DNA of 64,000 bases from Candidatus Bathyarchaeota archaeon (GTDB taxonomy: Archaea; Thermoproteota; Bathyarchaeia; Bathyarchaeales; Bathycorpusculaceae), in assembly GCA_963775465.1 (NCBI GenBank), contig CAVZIW010000006.1:128001-192000 (forward strand). The letters are read 5' to 3'. Position 1 is the first letter of the stretch; each line of letters opens with the position of its first letter. Positions 19,674-30,700 of the stretch are shown one piece after another. A program made the position numbers and the translations under genes. The notes under the pieces were generated by a model. The model made no database searches and had not been told where the DNA came from. It worked only from the letters and a program-made list of their open reading frames with translations.

Positions 19674-22600
19674 TCATTTTTTTCCTTTGCGAATCAAATA
19701 TTCAACATGTTTTTTCACTGTTTCTCTATCATAGCTTATTCTAAGACGAATGATATTTCCTCCTCGACCACGTTCGCCAGGGAAGAATCTTTGCTCTATT
19801 AAACCGCGATGTTCTAATTCGACCAACGCGCGGTGCCTATTTTTGTATATTGTTGACTTAGGGATCCTCTGAGAATCGGCGATTTCCACAAGTGTTCTCC
19901 AACCAGCTTTTTCCAAGGCTAATCTGCGTTGCATATAATCTTTAATAAACTCATTTGTTAGGAAATTGAATACTCCTTTGGCAACACCGGAACCGAACAG
20001 GAAAAGTTCTTCTTCTCTTGGTTTCTCAGGAGTTATCGTCACTTCTTCTTTCTTGACTGTTGTATTAACAAAATCTCGCGTTCTCTCTCCTTCTTCAGAG
20101 GAGGTTTTAACAGTTATATTGATCGGTTCAGGTCTGTATAACGCGTTGCCTTGATGCATATCTCCGTATTCTATAGCGGAAGTGAGAGTAAAATGCCCAT
20201 TTTTTATCGCTTTAAATTCGAAATGTATCGCTTTCACGCTAAAAGGTTCGAGCTCGCTCTTTTGTAAATACAACATTCCCTGATTTAGTTCCGTTATCTG
20301 TGACTGTTCAACTATAATAAATTCTGAAGGCACTGCAGTGTAAACCTCTATAGAGCAAGATGTTCTCGATATATTAACTACGTCTAATCTACAGCAAAAA
20401 GATTCTCCCATCTGTACTTCCTTAGGGACTACAAAATAGGCCTTAATGCTTGGATCTTTAAACTTTTGTTCATATTCTAAGGTTGTTTTTAAAATGTTTT
20501 CCACTATTTCACACGCTTTCTTTTTTTCACCACTTTTCTGCAACACCCAGGCGAAATCAGATAATGGAAGATCTATTACTCGGGGGTTAGGGAAATTTTT
20601 GCGAAATGTTGAAAGATATTTGTTAAACTGCTCTATTGATTGTTGGAAGTGACCTTGTCCTGCAAGCAATACCATCTGGGATAGGGCGTAATAGAAGTTC
20701 CAAATTGTATTACTAGTTTCGGAAGGTGTAAATATTGACTTTAGCTTAGCGTCATACTCTTTCGCTTTTGCTATTTCTCCCTTTTTCGTTAATTGCTTGA
20801 CGAGATTTGAATATATTATTGTGAGAAATAAGGGTGAGTTTGATTTGTTTGAATATTCAATAGCTTTAAGATTTCTTTCTATTGCGCTGTTCAGATTGCC
20901 TGTTATTTCACATAGCAAAGAGTAAAAACAATTCGCCTTTGCGAGCATGATGTAATTTGCCATTTTCGTCTGTTGTTCAATTTCAAAGACTCTTTCAAAC
21001 ATTCGTTGCGCTTCGGGGTAGAGCCCGCAATATATGAACACTTTCCCTGTCTCATTGCATGCTTCCATCATTGATCGGTAATCACCTAATTCATCGTATA
21101 TGGAAAGTGAACGTAAACAGTAAGCTACTGCTTTCTCAATTTCCCCTTGACCAGAGGCGAAATCAGCAACTACAAATAATAACCACGCTGCATCGGAAAG
21201 GGAATATTCTTCTTCAAGAATATTTAGAGATTCTTCACATAATTTTTTCGCTTCTAACACTCTACTTCTCAGACATGTCGCTACTACACCTTTGTAATGG
21301 AGAATTCGAGCCTTTTGAAGTCGTCCTAAATTGCCCACTGATTCAGCTCTTGTTACTATTTGATCGATACGCTGAATATCACCCTGAAAAAAGGCTGATG
21401 TCATAGCCTTGACTAAAGCTCCTTGGTAAACAGATCCAGAGCTGATTTCAGCTAGAGACTCGTAGGTCTTGATTGCATCTTTAAAAGCATTACTAGCATA
21501 GAAGGCATCACCTAATCCGCCTAATGCCTTCCTTTTTATTTCCAAATCTGCTTTGTCATTGGAGATTGTCTGAAGAACCCAATTAAAATGTTTGATTGCT
21601 TCAAGATTGCTGTATCTCTCTAAAGCATCCTTGCCGGCTATAATACTGTATTCTATAGCTTTTGCTTTATTTCTGCCCTCAACATAGTGAAAAACGAGTT
21701 GATTTATGGAGAAACTCTCTCTGTTATTTTTATTTTCAATTTTTTCAGCGATTCTCTCGTGATAGCCACTTCTTAGAGGTTGGGAGATTTCTTGATAAAG
21801 TACTTCTCGGGATAACGAGTGGTCAAAAGCGTAGACGTTATCTTCAACTTTCAAAAGAAAGGTTGTGTGGAACATCTTATTCAGCGTTTCCAGAACAATT
21901 AGACTATCAATAGAAAGGACTGAGCCGATTAAATTTGAATCAAACTTGTCTCCGATAACCGCTGCAACATCAAGAATCCTTCTTTCTTCAGGTTTGAGTG
22001 CTTCTAACCTCCGAAGGATTACTTCTCTGACTTTGTATGGGATGCCTATCTTGCCTTTAACTTGCCAGGTGCTCTGTTCTTTTACAAGACACCCATTTTC
22101 TGCTAACATGTGGATCGATTCTACAACAAAGAGGGGATTACCCTGACTCTGAGTTAACATGCTATGGACTAAAGCTGAGTCTACTGGACCGCCAAGCATA
22201 CTTTCAGCGATTTTACCCACGCTCAATAGGTCCAAATTTGCAAGCTTAATTTCCTTAAACAGACCTTCTCGACCCATAAGATGTAAAGTTCTAGATAACG
22301 GTTGGGGTCCATCTTCACCAGATAACTCTTCACTTCTGAATGTTCCCAATATCATTATTCTCTCGGAAGTTACAGCACGGGACAAGTAGTGAAGAAGCGC
22401 AAGTGATGCGGTATCTGCCCAATGCATGTCCTCTAAGACCAACAACAACGGTTTCGCTGAAGACATGAAAAGCAATTCGTTAACAACTGCTAAAAACGCT
22501 TTATCCTTCCAGACAAGCGGCGGCGCATGCTTATTTTCAACAGTTTCTGGCCCGTAAGGTTCACTGAGATAAGACACCATTTTTAGCGCGGAGCAAGAAA

Positions 22601-22902
22601 GCTCAGTAGAGTAGCCATTTTCTCGGTAAGACGAATTGTAGGAACTAAAAGCTTCAATAAACGGAAAATAGGGAACATTGCTGCTGCTTAGGCACCAACC
22701 GAAAAGTATCATAACTCCCTTTTTTCTTAGCCATATTGAGAAATTCATTAGTTAACCTTGTTTTTCCGCTTCCTGCAACTCCAGAAATGAAAAAACTTGT
22801 CCCGTTTCCTTCAAGCGTAGCTTCTAAGCTTCTTTGCAATTTGGTTAGTTCTTTTTTTCTGCCAACTAAGACTGGCTTGGCTAATACAGGAGATTGCTGC
22901 AC
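19674..22902 (-). pseudogene. STAND-like ATPase-TPR-Ig-like-wHTH regulator, frameshifted at an A6 run (plus-strand T6, 22720-22725)
   Basis: VGRKKEL and GVAGSGKT in the 5' ORF; EDMHWAD, GNPLFV, TPR helices and a C-terminal HTH-like segment in the 3' ORF; a +1 shift joins them. Confidence 0.8.
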
Positions 22903-23057
22903 GAGTTGATGCTTCCAGGTAATTCAAGTACTATAGAACTCTTAAGTGTGGATGAAGCTGAAATAGTTTGTTCACAGGCTATTCTTCTCAGAAAGAGTGT
23001 GTAATGGAAAGTCTTAAGAACTGATCATTTGCATAGGTGGTTGACTGGAATTAATCT

Positions 23058-24278
23058 ATGCAGAAAGATAGATCAGAATATCCGCGAAGGCTTTTCGTTC
23101 CAGCGCTAATCGTTTCTTTTCTCGCAGTAACAATCTCAGTGCCTATGTTGTCAATATTAACTATTGATATAACTCAATCTTTTTTTGGGAATGCCGAACC
23201 CATTGCGCTGGGGCAAGTTGCACAGGTAAGTACAATCAACAGAGGCGCTGAAGTCTTATTCGCCATAGCAGTAGGTTTTCTTACTCTTCGCTTTAAGAAC
23301 AAGCCATTGCTGTTGCTAGGCGTGTCAATTCTATTAGTATCTGCAGTTGGAAGTTATTTTGCACCAAACCTGCTCTGGCTACAGTTATTCTATGCTTTAG
23401 AAGGTGGCGGAAGTGTGATTGTTGCAATAATGGCGTTTACAGTAATTGGAGATCTATTGCCATCTAGAGAAAAGCCGAAGGTTGTCAGCTATATTAATGC
23501 GGTAGGTTTCGGGGCAATACTTGTCGCAGCTCCAGCAATAAGCATAATTACGAATATAGGCGGTTGGAGGCTAAACTACCTCTGGCTAGTGCTTCCACTT
23601 GCTATAGCCGGCTTGGCACTCGCGTACATGGGATTACCTTCTAAACAAACAGTGCCCCCCAACTCACAGCAACCTTTTTATAAAGGCTACAAAGAAGTTT
23701 TTAAAAATAAATCTGCATTTTCTTGTTTAATTGCAGGCATGTGCGGTACAGTGGGCAATCTAGCAGTTTTCAGTATTGCATTTTATAGGCAACAATTCTT
23801 AAACAACACTCCCGTCGCAGATCAGATAAATTTTAGCACCGGAATCTTGATGGCCGTCGCAGTGATATTCATTGTTGCTAACATAGTAATGGGACGCCTC
23901 CTGAACAAGATAAGCGCTATTACTCTTACCATTATTGGCGGTATTGGAAATGGAGTATTTACAGCGGTATTCTTTTTAGCACCAAATTTGTCAGCAGCAA
24001 TAATCATGCATATGTTTCAAATTTGGTTTTTTGCCATGGCTGTGACACCTTGGAGCGTTCTGGCTCTTGACCAGGTTCCTGATTTTAGGGGAACTATGAT
24101 GTCCCTAAGATCAATCGTCCTTAGCATAGGTTCAGCAATCGGCACCGCAGTGGGTGGCATAGTACTTACTTCTATAGGTTCATATCAAGTAGTTGGCATC
24201 TCCTTAGGAGTCATAATAATAGCAGGTTTTCCACTCCTCTACTTTTTTACAAAAGACACATCAAAAAACTATAGATGA
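23058..24278 (+). CDS. MFS transporter
   Basis: About 12 TM helices; GGWR and RGTMMSL motifs. Confidence 0.9.
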   Translation: MQKDRSEYPRRLFVPALIVSFLAVTISVPMLSILTIDITQSFFGNAEPIALGQVAQVSTINRGAEVLFAIAVGFLTLRFKNKPLLLLGVSILLVSAVGSYFAPNLLWLQLFYALEGGGSVIVAIMAFTVIGDLLPSREKPKVVSYINAVGFGAILVAAPAISIITNIGGWRLNYLWLVLPLAIAGLALAYMGLPSKQTVPPNSQQPFYKGYKEVFKNKSAFSCLIAGMCGTVGNLAVFSIAFYRQQFLNNTPVADQINFSTGILMAVAVIFIVANIVMGRLLNKISAITLTIIGGIGNGVFTAVFFLAPNLSAAIIMHMFQIWFFAMAVTPWSVLALDQVPDFRGTMMSLRSIVLSIGSAIGTAVGGIVLTSIGSYQVVGISLGVIIIAGFPLLYFFTKDTSKNYR

Positions 24279-24934
24279 TAGGTGCATTACAATATTAGCA
24301 ATCGCAAGTTTATTTCCTTGAGGAATATAGGCAGATATTGCTACCTTGTTTTGTGTTGTCTAAGAGCTAACTCACTTTTCGTTGTCTTCTCTTTTGATGT
24401 AAAATATAAAGCAGAAGTTGTCCTTTGAATGTTAGGTTAACAAGAGGATGAAACCGAGCAGAAATCTAAATCAAACTCTTCTATGATTCTTGCAAATTAT
24501 ATTATGACCATTTTCTTCGAGTTTTGGGATAATTTTGGGTTTTTCCTTTTTTGCTACGTGGTCATGCTTACGAGGTTTAAAAAACTTTATTATGAAATCT
24601 GCTTGCTCCATCTAATCAGCCTCAAATACAATGAATACAAGACAAAAAAAAAAGGGGAAAATGTTTCAGAATAAATTCGCTTCTGGACGGTTGACTTCCA
24701 CCGGATCCGCTTGTATTTTTCTGCTAAATTTTTTCTTGCATGTAACTTGATATTAGAAAGAAAACTCTGCATATCACCCAAGAATCTTCAACAACTACAA
24801 CCAAACCGCAACTAAACAAAGCCCCAACCCAAAAACCAAACAAAATACCAAACAAAAAAAACCACAACACCACAGCACTTCACAACAACCAAAACAAAAA
24901 AACCAGCTCCAAAAGCAGATGTAAGTTGACTCTT

Positions 24935-25390
24935 TTAGGAGCGTTTGTTTTCTTTTATTTTTATGTAGTCTTTTATCATTTGGTCATGTTCAAAAGCCAA
25001 TGGAGTTGGAAGCGCATCTAGGCTAAACAATTCTATTTTTTGGATCTCGCTGTCTTGTTTTTTTAGCTCTCCACCGACGGGTTCAACTACAAAACATGTC
25101 GGGTAGTACTCGTAGTCGACTTCATCTTTGAAGCCTTTTTCGACGTATTCCCCAATTTTGCAAATTATAGCCACATCTAGGCCTGTTTCTTCTTTAACTT
25201 CTCTAACTATTGTTTCCTCAACTGTTTCGCCAAGATCCATTCTGCCGCCAGGCAATGCCCAGTAACCCACAAAGGGTCGTGTGTTTCTTTTTACCAGTAA
25301 AATTACGTCGTTCGGGAAGGGGATTATAGCTGTTGCAGTTTTGCCCGTATATCTTCTTGTTTTGTTCAAGTTGTTATTTTCTTTCTCCAA
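24935..25390 (-). CDS. NUDIX hydrolase (ADP-ribose pyrophosphatase-like)
   Basis: Nudix box GGRMDLGETVEETIVREVKEETGL; LAFEH. Confidence 0.92.
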   Translation of the reverse strand: MEKENNNLNKTRRYTGKTATAIIPFPNDVILLVKRNTRPFVGYWALPGGRMDLGETVEETIVREVKEETGLDVAIICKIGEYVEKGFKDEVDYEYYPTCFVVEPVGGELKKQDSEIQKIELFSLDALPTPLAFEHDQMIKDYIKIKENKRS

Positions 25391-26163
25391 TTGATTATTA
25401 CAGTAACAGCAAAAATTATGATTCCAACGATAACTACAATTGGACCGGGGAAGGGCAAATTGAAGTTAAAGATGCTCCACAGAAGAACCCCCGTGAAGCC
25501 TGAGACAGCACCGAAGATTGCGCTAACTAGAGCATAACGTTTCATTTGGGTGCTCAGGTTTTTTGCTGCAATGGCGGGAACAACAACTAGAAAGCCTACT
25601 AGCAAGGTTCCGACAATTTGGATGCCGATGGCGACGACTACGGATACTAGGAATAGATAGAGTAGGTTTGTTCTTGCAACGTTGATGCCCTTTGAGATGG
25701 CTAAATCCTCAGAAATCATCGCTAAAACCAATTTGTCATAAATAACCTTCGTTAGTACCATGGCAACAACACAAACTGCTGCCGCAGCAAGAGTGGAAAC
25801 CGCCGTTACTTGAGAAATATCTCCGAAAAGTGCTGCTTCCAGCGCATCTAAATTATCTCCATAGAGTAATATGCCGATTGCCAAGGCCAATGTAAACATG
25901 GCGCCAACTAGTGCTTCAAAGGAAATCTTTGTTACTCGCTGAATATGCCAAATTATCACTGCTGATACAAATAGGAAAGTGAACGCTCCAAGATACGGGT
26001 TAAAATTTAAAGTAATGCCTATAGCCAAACCTGGTAGGGCTACGTGTGAAAGAGCGTCGCCGACTAGCGCCATCTTTTCCAGAACCATAAGTGAACCCAG
26101 ATATCCTGCCGCAACGCCGACAAATATTGATAGGAAAAGGCTGAAGAGGATTGTGTCGGGCAA
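25366..26163 (-). CDS. znuB: Zn/Mn ABC transporter permease
   Basis: GDALSHVALPG, LFGDI, VGTLLV; TTG start at 26163 preferred. Confidence 0.88.
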   Translation of the reverse strand: MPDTILFSLFLSIFVGVAAGYLGSLMVLEKMALVGDALSHVALPGLAIGITLNFNPYLGAFTFLFVSAVIIWHIQRVTKISFEALVGAMFTLALAIGILLYGDNLDALEAALFGDISQVTAVSTLAAAAVCVVAMVLTKVIYDKLVLAMISEDLAISKGINVARTNLLYLFLVSVVVAIGIQIVGTLLVGFLVVVPAIAAKNLSTQMKRYALVSAIFGAVSGFTGVLLWSIFNFNLPFPGPIVVIVGIIIFAVTVIINWRKKITT

Positions 26164-26165
26164 AA

Positions 26166-26861
26166 TTAGGCTTCTCCTCTTCTTGTCTCTACGCAAACAG
26201 TTTCGCCATAGATTTGTCGTTGGATTTCGGGTTTTCCAATTTCCGCTGAGGGCCCGCAGAATGTTATGCATTTGTTTAGTGCCAAAAGATCATCAGCGTA
26301 TTCTTGGACAATGTGAATGTTGTGCGTTATTAGAAATATTGTTATTTTTTGAGCTTTTTTTATTTCGTTGAGCAGCAGGTAAATTGGCTCTTCGCTGTCC
26401 ATATCCACTCCCGTTGTGGGTTCATCAAGTAGTAACACGTTTGGGTTGTCATTTAAAGCCCAAGCAATTAGAACACGCCTAAGCTGCCCTCCCGAAAGCG
26501 TCCCAAGCCTTTTGTTTAAGATGCTAAGATCCGTTAATCTTACCTTTTTTAAAGCGTTTTCAAGGTTGACTCTACTGTTGATGGACAGAAACTCCTTTAC
26601 TGTCATTGGAATGTCTGAAACAGCAATATATTGAGGCACATAACCGATTTTGACTTTTTCAGTCCACTCGATTGAACCCGTATGTGGGACCAGATTGAGA
26701 AGTGTTCGAAAGAGGATTGTTTTGCCCGCTCCATTTGGACCTAGAATAGCTATGGTTGTTCCTTTTTTTACGTTGAAATTTAGATGCTCCAATACGGGTT
26801 GATTTTGCATTCTCACTGCAAGATCTGAAACTTTAAGTATATACTCTTTATCATCTGCCAT
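26166..26861 (-). CDS. znuC: Zn/Mn ABC transporter ATPase
   Basis: GPNGAGKT, IGYVPQ, LSGGQ, LLLDEP. Confidence 0.88.
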   Translation of the reverse strand: MADDKEYILKVSDLAVRMQNQPVLEHLNFNVKKGTTIAILGPNGAGKTILFRTLLNLVPHTGSIEWTEKVKIGYVPQYIAVSDIPMTVKEFLSINSRVNLENALKKVRLTDLSILNKRLGTLSGGQLRRVLIAWALNDNPNVLLLDEPTTGVDMDSEEPIYLLLNEIKKAQKITIFLITHNIHIVQEYADDLLALNKCITFCGPSAEIGKPEIQRQIYGETVCVETRRGEA

Positions 26862-26962
26862 AACTAACCACTTTTCTCATCTGCCTTCAAAGGGTAAGAG
26901 GCAAGAACAATAGTATTCTATATGTCTGGTACAATAAGTTTTTGAACCTATTCAAAGTTATA

Positions 26963-28570
26963 CTAAATTTGCTTGCTCAAAGCTTTGTATTCTTTATCAG
27001 AGATCCAACCCGCTTTCTTCATAAAAGATAAACCTTCTTCAACGTTTGTTTGAAAGACACTGCTCTTTAAGAGGTTGTTTTTTTCTCCTAATCTAAAAAG
27101 ATGATTTTCGAATTGCACGTTTTGCTGAATCAATTCTTGACGGTTTTGTAAAAATGCTGCGATTGCTTTGAATCGTGGATTTAGAAGATCTTTTATTCTT
27201 GATATCCCAAGTGCTCCTTTGAGTTTTGTTGAAAAATCCAGATGACCAACGGTTGATGGCGGAACAATTAAGTAACGTTTGGTTTCATTTTCCAAAAAAC
27301 AAGCAAAATAAAAGGGTATATAAAATAAGCTTGGCAGATCGAACTTTTCTCTTATGCCTATATTTACAAATTTGTCCTGAATGGACTCCCAACATTTTAG
27401 GTTTCTGTTTATCCCGTTGATTACAGGTGTTCCAAGGGCAATCATCTTCAGAATTTGTTGCCTGAAAAAAATTGTTTTGTCATCACATTCTTTTTCAAGA
27501 TCAATTATGGGCTGTTGGATCTGTTTAATTTCCGATTCCAAATCAAATTTTAGCTTGTGAATTTTTTGGCTTTTTTCCTTACACAGATTTTCAATATTGT
27601 TTCCTATTGTTTTGAGTTCTTTTTTTAGACCGTTTATCTCTGATTCAGTGCGCTTAATTTTTTCTCTCCATCGCTTCTCATAGATTAGATGTCTCATTTT
27701 TTCTTGTGCTTCTGCTTCCCACCCATAGTTTCTAATTTTTTTCTGATTCTTATTGATGGATCTTGTTGTCCTTGCATGTAATTTCTGTAGTCTTTGGATT
27801 TCTTTGTCAAAACTTCTTGTTACATTCTTGATATTTTGGTTATATTCCTTTTTTATTTTGACTATTTGAGGATTTACATACTCCTCTATTGCCTTTATCT
27901 TTGCATCTGCTTCTTCTTTTGCTGCCGCTGATTCGTATTCAATTGCCGTTTTGAATAAAATATTCGTTTTCTTAATTAATTTCAGACATTCAGGAAGATT
28001 ATCTGCTTCCTCTTTAAGAGTTGTTTGCAGAGAATCGAATTCACTTAGAACATTTTCCATATCTTTTAAGTTGAGGTTGGGCTCAATCGAGAAAAAATTT
28101 TGAACTGTTTTATCAGATACCTCAAAAGCTTCCTTAAAGTAAACTTTGAAATCATTTTTAAAATCGGGATCAACTATCAAGCCTTTCAGAATGAATTGTG
28201 TACCTGGCAAAGGTTTTCGGAAATAATCAGCATAATTTGAAAGGAAAGTGAAGTAGTCTTCCAAGAGTTGACTGCTTGATTCAATTTTTTTCACGAAAAG
28301 CTTAGAAGACGGAATTTCATTGTAAACGACAACAAAATTGGAATAATTCAACCCATCAAAAATAAATGTTTGATCCTTTCTTGGAAAAAGCCACAACGGA
28401 TAACCAACTTTTGATAAAAACAACAATCTTTCTTCTTGGTGTTTGACAATTAAACCGCTACCTTTGCCCCTTTCAAACTCCGCTAAAGCAAAGACCGCTG
28501 CAGCCTCTGTTTCCATAGCGTAATCCTCTTGGAAGGGTAGAGTATATTGTTTGGCAATAGCGGTTGACAT
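26963..28570 (-). CDS. Hypothetical protein with long central coiled coil
   Basis: 535-aa ORF; about 200-aa K/E-rich heptad region between globular ends. Confidence 0.75.
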   Translation of the reverse strand: MSTAIAKQYTLPFQEDYAMETEAAAVFALAEFERGKGSGLIVKHQEERLLFLSKVGYPLWLFPRKDQTFIFDGLNYSNFVVVYNEIPSSKLFVKKIESSSQLLEDYFTFLSNYADYFRKPLPGTQFILKGLIVDPDFKNDFKVYFKEAFEVSDKTVQNFFSIEPNLNLKDMENVLSEFDSLQTTLKEEADNLPECLKLIKKTNILFKTAIEYESAAAKEEADAKIKAIEEYVNPQIVKIKKEYNQNIKNVTRSFDKEIQRLQKLHARTTRSINKNQKKIRNYGWEAEAQEKMRHLIYEKRWREKIKRTESEINGLKKELKTIGNNIENLCKEKSQKIHKLKFDLESEIKQIQQPIIDLEKECDDKTIFFRQQILKMIALGTPVINGINRNLKCWESIQDKFVNIGIREKFDLPSLFYIPFYFACFLENETKRYLIVPPSTVGHLDFSTKLKGALGISRIKDLLNPRFKAIAAFLQNRQELIQQNVQFENHLFRLGEKNNLLKSSVFQTNVEEGLSFMKKAGWISDKEYKALSKQI

Positions 28571-28613
28571 TAACGATCATCATCCATAAGAGAGACTGTT
28601 TTTTTAAAAGTTG

Positions 28614-29969
28614 TCATATAGTTTGTGACGTAAAGAAGTCAGTTATTCTTTTCTGGAATAACGCTTTCTTTAACAGTTCACTTTGAAGTATCCACCGTTG
28701 CATAGGAATCTCGAACCTTCCACTGATAAATTGCAGGGATTCTGCAAGATTCTTAAAAAAGTGCGGTTTTTGTTGCATGGCGTTTCGGACGTTTTCGCGA
28801 ACTTGCCAAACTCCAATGGGCATGATGTATCCTGGTCTTGCTTCTCTTAGAACTATAGCGGTCGCTTGACGTTGTTCTTTAGTGAGTTGCTCACACACTG
28901 CTAAACGTGCACTATAGTAGCACCCGCCAATCTGGGCGTATGTGGTTCTTCCGTTGTTTCCTTCCCAATCAGAAAAGATGGCAATGTTCGTTCCAGCTGG
29001 GTTCCAAACGGTTCCCGGGTACCATGCTTCCATGGATTCATAGCTCCATTTCCCTGGGATCATTAGAATTTCAAAGACGTTATCCATGTATATGGATTCA
29101 TAAACTCTAAACTCATTGATTTCTGGGAAAGTTTTGACTTTTTCTCTTAAATTCTTGGATATAATATCGTCGACTGCTGTTATGCTCCAGCGTGTTGGAA
29201 CAAGGCGCCTCTTTTTCTCAACTCCAAAGGCACCAACACTGAAAGCTTTCTGAATTTTGGACACCATGACGCCGCGCTTATAGAGTTCCACCACAGCGTT
29301 GGTTGCTTTCAAATCTGTATCATAATACGCCTTTTCGATTTTGTCATCGTATCTTGCATTACCAACATGAAGGTCTCGAATAGGTGCAGAAGGACCAAAC
29401 GGTTGCACATCATCATCAAGGTAAATGGAGCCACGGGGCTTTTTTGTCAGGTTTAATTCAATATCTACGCTACTGTCAGCAAGGGCTAATTCGCGGGTTT
29501 GATCCAAAATCTTGCCCCCCTCATTAAATTTTTGAACATTAACACGGTGTTTGCCCCGTACAAGCAAACTGCGGAAACCCACAATTTCATCCATAGACTT
29601 TCCAAACCAACGCTCCGGCAAATCATAAATGCCTGTATCTTCATGAACAGGCGGTACAAGGGGACCAGCGTAAACGTTCGGATAACCTATTCTTCCAATA
29701 AAAACACTCGGCGGGGACATACCATCAATATCTTCAGTTGCCATAAGAGGTGCGCTTTTAAGAAAATAATTTACTTTTACCATTATAGGGCATCGGGTTT
29801 TTCCACAAAGAGCTCGAGCCCCCTTGCACAGAACGCAGAGGCTGTTGTTTCTGGTACGAAGCGCTATTTGTTGGTCTTCGAGGGCATTGTGGTTGACTTT
29901 TCTTATTATGTCAACTAGCCAGTTGTCGGGTTTCACTCCTGAACTTTGAGATTTCTGGGTTAATGTCAT
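28614..29969 (-). CDS. nreA: Nre family DNA repair protein
   Basis: CxxCKG...CG..RCP, SPPSVFIGR.GYP, LVPTRWSITAVDD; C-terminal PIP box QKRITDFF. Confidence 0.92.
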   Translation of the reverse strand: MTLTQKSQSSGVKPDNWLVDIIRKVNHNALEDQQIALRTRNNSLCVLCKGARALCGKTRCPIMVKVNYFLKSAPLMATEDIDGMSPPSVFIGRIGYPNVYAGPLVPPVHEDTGIYDLPERWFGKSMDEIVGFRSLLVRGKHRVNVQKFNEGGKILDQTRELALADSSVDIELNLTKKPRGSIYLDDDVQPFGPSAPIRDLHVGNARYDDKIEKAYYDTDLKATNAVVELYKRGVMVSKIQKAFSVGAFGVEKKRRLVPTRWSITAVDDIISKNLREKVKTFPEINEFRVYESIYMDNVFEILMIPGKWSYESMEAWYPGTVWNPAGTNIAIFSDWEGNNGRTTYAQIGGCYYSARLAVCEQLTKEQRQATAIVLREARPGYIMPIGVWQVRENVRNAMQQKPHFFKNLAESLQFISGRFEIPMQRWILQSELLKKALFQKRITDFFTSQTI

Positions 29970-30169
29970 GTATGCATTGATTATTGTGTTGTTGCCTCAT
30001 ATGGTTTTTTCTACAAGAAAATGTTTAAACGCCCTCCTAATTTCAAATCTTGCTAATTAATAGCTGCTGGAAAAGATCACTTGTTATTGTCTTCTTATGG
30101 TTAACTTGGCATGTTCTATCGATATTGAATGGATGAATCATGCATTATTAACTATGTATAAGAAATCAA

Positions 30170-30364
30170 TCAAACAACATATTGGCTCGCAATTTCTGGA
30201 AACTGCAATTGAATTTTCTGGGAATGAACTTGGGGTGCGTGTTCTAGTAGCCAAACAGTAAGCACTTTGCAGTCATTGGGAATACAGGAAAATTTTTTCT
30301 TATCCTTTTTCCAAAACTTGCAACTGGCGCAGGGAATCTCTCGATGTCTATACATCACAATCAC
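30170..30364 (-). CDS. Small Cys-rich protein
   Basis: PCASCKFW...FSCIPNDC; own TATA-like element upstream. Confidence 0.5.
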   Translation of the reverse strand: MIVMYRHREIPCASCKFWKKDKKKFSCIPNDCKVLTVWLLEHAPQVHSQKIQLQFPEIASQYVV

Positions 30365-30464
30365 AAATTGGTTAATGCCTAGATAGACTTATGGTTTGTG
30401 AAACCTAAATATTGAATAATAATTTTTACCCAAGATTCCATAAAATATTTTGCAAGAGAATAAG

Positions 30465-30542
30465 TGGCGCCCAGGCCGGGATTCGGACCCGGGTCCTGCG
30501 GGCGACAGCCGCATATACTAGACCGAACTATACTACCTGGGC
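30465..30542 (-). tRNA. tRNA-Asp(GUC) with atypical T-loop TCCGAAT
   Basis: TGCGG-CT GTC GC-CCGCA; 7-bp acceptor stem; encoded CCA. Confidence 0.92.
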
Positions 30543-30700
30543 AATTAAGCGCCGCAAAACATACACATTATTTTAGCTAATTAACCTTTCTCGAATTTGT
30601 CTTCGAATAGTTTGCTGGAAACCTTGAAATAGATTTATAGGTCTGTTTTTTCGGCAATTTTAATATGTTTGTCGCAGTATGGGTTAACGTTACTTAAGAG

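Noticed and set aside
22715-22730. Programmed -1 frameshift at A-AAA-AAG
   Set aside because: Joining the ORFs needs +1, and the motif is not in the -1 register
24483-24781. Two roughly 63-aa ORFs downstream of the MFS gene
   Set aside because: No SD, motif or convincing composition
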